A stretch of DNA of 64,000 nucleotides from an uncultured Methanosarcinaceae archaeon. GTDB taxonomy: Archaea > Halobacteriota > Methanosarcinia > Methanosarcinales > Methanosarcinaceae. This document shows, piece by piece, positions 57,966-64,000 of this stretch. Both the position numbers and the translations under genes were made by a program. Every line of letters starts with the position of its first letter. The first letter of the stretch is position 1. The notes under the pieces are model-generated. The model was not told the origin of the DNA. It was given only the letters and a program-made list of their open reading frames with translations, and searched no databases. The stretch spans positions 99,152-163,151 of the forward strand of contig CAVSHT010000007.1 in assembly GCA_963727895.1 (NCBI GenBank), read 5' to 3'.

Positions 57966-58193
57966 TTATTTCTGGATCTTTATCTCCCACTCTTTCCCTT
58001 CTTATTTATCTTGAATATCCAGCACTTTAAGTCCCATTGCTTCGCAGGCCATAGGAATTTCTTTCTTTGACGCTGGATGTGTCCTTTTCACAATAACAAG
58101 GTCTCTTGGAGAGGCTTTCTTTAATGCCTTTCTGCATTCTACCAATGGAACCGGACAGGTTTGTCCTCGAACATCAATTTCCACTTCTGCCAT
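57966..58193 (-). pseudogene. TusA/SirA sulfur carrier with a premature TAA near the C-terminus
   Basis: IDVRGQTCPVP; the frame continues EGKEWEIKIQK after the TAA. Confidence 0.85.
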
Positions 58194-58359
58194 TATTGAC
58201 CCCCAAAGTAAAAGAAATTAAAAAATTCTAAAAACAGTTCTTATTATTGTTTTTCTCTGTTTATTATATTATAAAAAATATATTATCATTTCGTATTAAA
58301 TATTCTCTCTGGAAAATTCTTTTTGAGAACTATTCTTATTCTGGGCATTTTTTCTCTTT

Positions 58360-58785
58360 TCAAAGCCCTATTCTGATCTTTTCTGCAATTTCTTCCAAAT
58401 TGGTAGTATCAGGTTCAGTCCATACTATTGATTTTATTCCTCTTCCACCATCTCCTTTTTTTCTAGGAATAACATGTACATGTACATGAGAAATTTCCTG
58501 TCCAGCAACTTTCCCATTATTGATTCCTATATTTGATCCTTCGGCTGAAAACGCTTTTTCTATCGCAGCTGTAATCTTTCTTGCAGCTTCAAAAAGCAAA
58601 GCAATGCTTTCTGCATCCATATCCGTGAACCTGCTAAAATGTTTTTTAGGAGCTACCAGGGTATGTCCTTCACTTGCTGGGTAGACATCTAGAAATGCAA
58701 AAACTGTGTCATCTTCGTATACTTTATATGAAGGAACTCTCTCAGCTATTATTTTGCACAAAATACAATCTTCCATTATAACCAT
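58360..58785 (-). CDS. HIT family hydrolase
   Basis: CILC, GHTLV.PKKH, HVHVHVIPR. Confidence 0.95.
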   Translation of the reverse strand: MVIMEDCILCKIIAERVPSYKVYEDDTVFAFLDVYPASEGHTLVAPKKHFSRFTDMDAESIALLFEAARKITAAIEKAFSAEGSNIGINNGKVAGQEISHVHVHVIPRKKGDGGRGIKSIVWTEPDTTNLEEIAEKIRIGL

Positions 58786-59032
58786 ATCTCCATAGATTTT
58801 TAGGAAATACGCTTATATCAGGGTTTTGTTTCTTTCGCAACTTCTATTTACAATCAAAAAATTTATTACAGTTTGTATCCTTTATTCCATCAAAATTCAA
58901 AAGTAAGATTCAAATGCTGATCTATAAACGGTACGCTGTTTGATCACACTGTCGATGGAGTATTTTGCTAACATCTTTTTCAGAAACATTTGTGATCAAG
59001 CCTTTTTAAAAGGCTTGTGAGGAGGAAATTAC

Positions 59033-59308
59033 ATGATCGGTTATATAGCAGGTGCATTAACAACCATAGCTTTTGCTCCACAGCTTCTAAAAGCTTTGAC
59101 AACGAATTCCACAAAAGATGTGTCTTTTATGATGCTAATTTGCTCTACTTCAGGTATGCTTCTCTGGACTCTCCATGGTATCCTGATAAATGATCCTGCC
59201 CTGATAATTGCAAACAGTATTTCGTTCTTACTTGCTTTCTCACTGCTGGGGTTCAAGCTTAAAAACGATTGTTCAGGTTTTAATCTTAATTTCAGTAGAA
59301 ATCCGTAA
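59033..59308 (+). CDS. SemiSWEET / PQ-loop transporter
   Basis: IAGALTT.AFAPQ, TKDVS, W..HG, ANS. Confidence 0.9.
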   Translation: MIGYIAGALTTIAFAPQLLKALTTNSTKDVSFMMLICSTSGMLLWTLHGILINDPALIIANSISFLLAFSLLGFKLKNDCSGFNLNFSRNP

Positions 59309-59462
59309 AACTTGCAAATGATTATGTTTCCTCTCGAAAATAATCTATTTAATTAATTATTTTCAATTTAAATACTTTTACTTTGAATACTTATGTATCT
59401 CGATAATCCTTAATAATAATTAACTCAATTTTATTATAGATTTATACTTACTTTATCTAGGG

Positions 59463-59789
59463 GTGGAAGCAATAGCTAGAGTTTTGGGTGGTGCACTTAT
59501 TGGTATGGTCTGTACTCTTATTTTCTATTTTATTCCGTTAGTACACTCTATAGCTCCTTTACTAGGTGGTCTTTTAGGAGGGTATTATGCTGATGGAGGT
59601 ACTGAAAGTGGGCTTAAAACGGGGGTTCTCATGACTGTTTTCATGATTATTCCGGGTTTTTTTCTTGGAGGCATTCTTGGGTCGATACTTCGAGATATTC
59701 CTGTTCTAGGAGGACTCGTAGCCGTTTCTACTTTTATAATTACAATGATTGTCGTAGCTCATACCGCTGTGATAGGTATAATTGGCTAA
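59463..59789 (+). CDS. Gly-rich membrane protein, probably 3'-truncated by the IS
   Basis: APLLGGLLGGY; ends abruptly at the IS boundary. Confidence 0.6.
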   Translation: MEAIARVLGGALIGMVCTLIFYFIPLVHSIAPLLGGLLGGYYADGGTESGLKTGVLMTVFMIIPGFFLGGILGSILRDIPVLGGLVAVSTFIITMIVVAHTAVIGIIG

Positions 59790-60850
59790 AATCTTTCCTC
59801 CACTTTTAATCTACCTCCATTTATCTCAGACACTCTATTACTGTTCTAACTCTTAGTTTTCGTCTCAGCCATTCCTCAATGAAAAGTACAAATATTTCAA
59901 ATCTGAACTTATCCTCATCTATAACTTGAGGCCCTCTCTTGACGATTGTAAAATGTTTTTTCTGAAGGTAGAGCCATATATTTTTTAGGAGGAAAGATAT
60001 CAGTGCAAAAAAGTACCTGATAGTTGCGTTTTTAGATGATGTTTTTGGTTTTACCACATTCCTCATTCTGTATGACGATTCAATAGCAAACCTTCTTCTA
60101 TAAACTGTACTGACCTTTCTTGGAGACCACTTGACTCCAAAAACCACAAAACCAAGGTTCTCACATCCCTTTTTACCTCTTTTTCCTTTCAGATACTTGA
60201 CATCAATGATAATGTCCAAAAAAATCTTTTTTCTGGAGTTCTTCATGACATATTGAGTACTTCGAGCCTTATTCCCACTCAGAATCTGCTTCATCTGCTC
60301 TCCTTTCTTAACAACAGGAACTATGTGCGGAACATCATTATTTTGTAAGAATTCAAACACATCTATGGAATAAAACTCTCTATCAAGGCAGAGAACCTTG
60401 ATTTTAAAATTCAGTCTTTTGATGAGGTCAATAAAATAGGAAAGGTATTCAACCATTGTTTTGTTTTTTTCTACAGGAAGAACAGATACAGTAAACCTTT
60501 CGTTCTTGTTAGTGATGTAGAGGGAAATGTAAGAGTAAAAAGAGTTTGTTGATTTTTTAGCCTGGCTACGGATTACATATTTCTCGTTAGATGAATCTGT
60601 TTTTCCATAATAAGGATCGTTGGTGAGATCTACAGCAAATTCATAGCCCTTATAAGTTTTTAATGTTTTTAGAGGATTTTGAAGGAGAATATTTTCATTG
60701 GATATGATCAATTCATCCATGTTTAGTTTCTTAAGATGGTACCGTAGAGATGTTTCACAAGCAACAGCAGAATAATGTTTTGAAGTAGAATGAACAGAAC
60801 TTTTGTCGACTGACATACTCACAACAGTACGAAAAATGTCTTCACTTGCT
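59783..60850 (-). mobile_element. ISH3-family transposase remnant, 5'-truncated (ORF 59821..60822); boundaries approximate
   Basis: AVDLTNDPYYG, CLDREFYS, YRRRFAIESSYR. Confidence 0.88.
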
Positions 60851-60982
60851 GTAATTGGGGCTGTTCTAAATGAAAAAAGGACAATTTAATCATCATAAAC
60901 TGTCATTAAAACTCAAAATTACGTTTCTTAATCTGGATTAATCCTGAATCCAAAACGAAAATAAAATTATAATGAAAATTTT

Positions 60983-62013
60983 TTAGATTTTTTTCTTTAA
61001 AATAAAGTATTCCACAAAAATCATGGACAGGGGAAGTGAAATTGCCACGAGGATTTTGGCATTCTTCATGGGATTTTCGTTTTTACTGTCTTTGTCTGCG
61101 CTTTCATTGAAGACACTTGTTACTACTTCACCTTGCCAGTTTTTCAAAGTTCCCTGTGTTTCCATTTGTCCACTGAGTTCCAGGTTTCTTTTTTCATCTA
61201 CTTTACATTCAGTTATCGCAAAGCAGGAGAAACCAGGCGTTTTCGATTTAAAATAAACGTAATTTTTGTCTTCTTTTATTTTTTCAGTGTCTAGAAGCTG
61301 CCAGCCTTTGTCATACCATTGAAGAGTTATCAGGGACTGATTTATATTATTCTCTTTAATCCATGATTTTTCAATTTTAAATCCTACTAATCCATTTTCT
61401 AGATAAGCCGGAAGGACTGCTCCTTTATCTCCTACCCAGATATTTACATACTTATATATTTTGCCAGAAGGAATTTCTGAGACAAAAATCGATTTATTTT
61501 TTAGTATTTCTACAGTTGTCGTTGTCCTCTTGAATGTCTTCTTTCGGTCAAACTCTATATATGTAATGCATGCCGCATTTTCTGTAAAATCAAACTTAAC
61601 GTGATATCCATTTGCAATGTTATTGGTGGAAACTTCTTTTGACTCTACATTACTTGATGGTTCTTTTGAAATAGTGCTGCTTCCTGCACTGCCGCTAGAG
61701 GAACCTGAACTTCCGCTACTGGAAGAACTTGAACTTCCACTGCTTGAGGAACTCGAACTTCCGCTACTCTCACTACTGCTGGAATCTGTTTCTTTAGAGA
61801 CGATTGCAGTTTTTTTGAGTTCATTGTTAGTTTCTTCAACTTCAGGTACGGTGCTGTCGGCATCCACCATTACTTTAATCTCTATTTGTCCTTCATTTCC
61901 AGGAGTCCAGGAAAATGTGCTTTTTGTACTGTTCCCTGCGGAAAGTGCAGATACCGATATTTCCCCGCTGTAAGTTTCATTTACCCCGGTAATATTATAT
62001 TTAAGTTCATTAG
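60983..62013 (-). CDS. Cell-surface protein (CARDB-like + Ser-rich linker + PGF-pre-PGF domain), cut at the composition junction
   Basis: VDADSTVPEVEETNN, YKYVNIWVG, KTPGFSCFAI, C-terminal TM; frame open to about 62013. Confidence 0.85.
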
Positions 62014-62470
62014 CTGGTGCGTCTCCAGGTCCGTCGTTTCTTCACCGACCTCGCCCACTGGACGCTGATCGGGCCGGTCCTGACAGTCGATCCGGGCCGC
62101 GACGCCTGGAACCAGACCGACGTCTGGGCGCCCCGAAGTGGTTTACCGCAACGGGAAGTTCTACATGCACTACTCCGCCACGCGGCGTTCGGCCAGCGAT
62201 TGGCGGATCGAGGAGATGGCGCGCCGCGTTGGCGTGGCAGTTCGCGACAGCCCACGCGGGCCTTTCGTCGACTCCGGCGCACCGGTAACGACGGGATGGG
62301 CGATCGACGGGCACATCTTCCTCGATCCTGCCAGCGGCGCCGACTACCTCTTTTACAGTTACCTGGACGAACCGCGCCTGCCCGGCGCCGGCATTGTCGC
62401 CGATCGCATGACCTCGCCGTTTACACTCGCCGGGCGCCCCGCGCGCATTCTGCGCGGCAGTGAGCCTTGG
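62014..62470 (+). pseudogene. Fragment of a bacterial glycoside hydrolase family 43 gene (GC-rich, with indels)
   Basis: TDLAHW, WAP/EV.Y.NGKFYMHYS, GVAV.DSP.GPF.D, AIDG. Confidence 0.8.
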
Positions 62471-64000
62471 GGAAAACTCCTCGCCACCGACACCGCCGCC
62501 ATCGTCTCCGCCGGTATTGCGTGTCGACATATTCAATGTGACACAGCAGGGGCAGAGCGGCAACACCATTTACGGTGGCGGTGGCGATCCGGCTACCGCC
62601 GGTGAATCCAGTTCCGGCGCACAGATGAAGGCGGAAACCTTGCTCGGCACCGCCGGCGGGGACGTGATCTATTCCGATGCTACTCAATATTTGGGGAGCG
62701 GGTTTGCCAAAATTATTCATTTCCAAGCTATAGGTAACATCACTTCATTGGATAAACTCACCGTCAGTAATGTGCCGGCGGGATGGTCTATTGAGGGTGC
62801 TACCGACCTTGGTAATGGAACTTGGTACTTTACCCCTGAATGGTTTAGTAACGTCAAATGGTTTCGACATCAAACTGATGTATGCGACTTATGACGAGAA
62901 TCCGGCGAACCCTGTGCATGTCGGCCCTGTGGACGTCCAGTTTGCGGTAAGCATTACGGATGCTGCGGGTTCCTCAAGCATCAGTCACACGTTGCATCTG
63001 GCGGTGGCTGATGCAGTGAACCCGGCTGACTTAAGCTATGTCGATGCTAGCGGTCAGCTAGTGACCGTCCTGCCTGCTCAGGGAGTGCCGAACTATGTGT
63101 TGGCCGGAGCCGGAGACGATACGGTCTATGGCGGTGTGGGTAACGATACTCTTGACGGTGGTCTCGGTAATGATGCCCTCTATGGTGGTGCCGGCAACGA
63201 CACGCTGATCGGCGGAGCCGGCATCAACCTGCTCGACGGGGGCACCGGCAGCGACACGGCCGACTACAGTGCACAAACTACTGCAGTCACCGTTACCCTG
63301 ATGGGTGCTGCTGACGGCAGCGCGACCGGTATAGGATTTTCCGACACGCTGCGCGGAATCGAGAACGTCACGGGCGGCAGCGGCAACGACACGATTGTCG
63401 CCGACAGCAATGCAAACTTCATCGACGGCGGATTCGGCACAGACACGGTCAGTTACGCCAACTCAACGACCGGAGTGACGCTGACGCTCAACGGTGCCTC
63501 CAACAGCATTGCAGGAGCAGGTGGGGACGCGGCAGGTGACGTGCTGGTCAATGTCGAGAACCTGAGCGGCAGTGCCGGCAACGATGCTCTTACAGGTGAC
63601 AGCGGCATCAACGTCCTGGATGGCGGCGCGGGAGACGACCTCCTCAATGGCGCGGGCGGCAACGACACCCTGTTGGGCGGGGCCGGCAACGACACGCTGA
63701 TCGGCGGAGCCGGCATCAACCTGCTCGACGGGGGCACCGGCAGCGACACCGCCGACTACAGTGCACAGACTGCTGCAGTCACTGTTACCCTGATGGGTGC
63801 TGCTGACGGCAGCGTAACCGGTATAGGATTCTCCGACACGCTGCGCGGAATCGAGAACGTCACGGGCGGCAGCGGCAACGACACGATTGTCGCCGACAGC
63901 AATGCAAACTTCATCGACGGCGGATTCGGCACAGACACGGTCAGTTACGCCAACTCTGCGGCGGGTGTGACAATCACGCTCAACGGTACCGCAGGAACAG
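62471..64000 (+). CDS. Fragment of a bacterial RTX-type Ca2+-binding repeat protein (frameshift near 62860; open to the window end)
   Basis: Repeated GGxGNDTL nonapeptides and IENVTGGSGND motifs in the frame that includes codon 62881. Confidence 0.88.
63190..63957 (+). repeat. Near-identical ~270-bp direct repeats with a 492-bp period inside the RTX gene
   Basis: 63190-63465 compared with 63682-63957. Confidence 0.88.

Noticed and set aside
596..63938. Numerous short antisense or overlapping ORFs in the track (e.g. 2590..2982, 8388..8693, 13714..13938, 63264..63446)
   Set aside because: They are shadows of real genes or repeats and have no recognisable motifs
62014..64000. Genuine horizontal transfer of an RTX system into the archaeon
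   Set aside because: Mid-gene junctions, indels and the lack of mobility signatures make a chimera more parsimonious
1..64000. tRNA/rRNA genes, integrase, reverse transcriptase
   Set aside because: None recognised by eye

Overview
Positions 1 to about 62013 are an AT-rich Methanosarcina-type archaeal chromosome segment. The evidence is an archaeal histone, RFC-S, pelota, S-layer/PGF proteins, an MtaA-family methyltransferase and Methanosarcina-type IS elements and palindromic repeats. The first 17 kb is intact housekeeping DNA: pycB-pycA-birA, histone, rfcS, thpR, dacZ and rqcH-pelA. From 17.5 kb on, the region is accessory and heavily decayed. It holds a broken defence-like island (caspase + FGE/C-lectin gene with a DGR-like variable tail, a nuclease-like/helical gene, MNT with a truncated HEPN partner), four near-full IS1-family copies plus a fragment, an IS630, an ISH3 remnant, an unannotated 144-bp MITE and many pseudogenes. 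The best candidate for an undescribed system is a minus-strand cluster at 41.2-45.2 kb: CMD-like protein, radical SAM/SPASM enzyme, EgtD-like methyltransferase with an altered substrate motif, and an amidinotransferase-fold enzyme. Also notable are an IscS homologue lacking its PLP-binding residues next to TusA/DsrE/IscU, and a three-way-junction RNA candidate at 30.8 kb. The last ~2 kb is GC-rich bacterial-type sequence (a GH43 fragment joined to an RTX-repeat fragment) and is most likely a chimeric contig end. All calls are from motif recognition by eye; no database searches were run.
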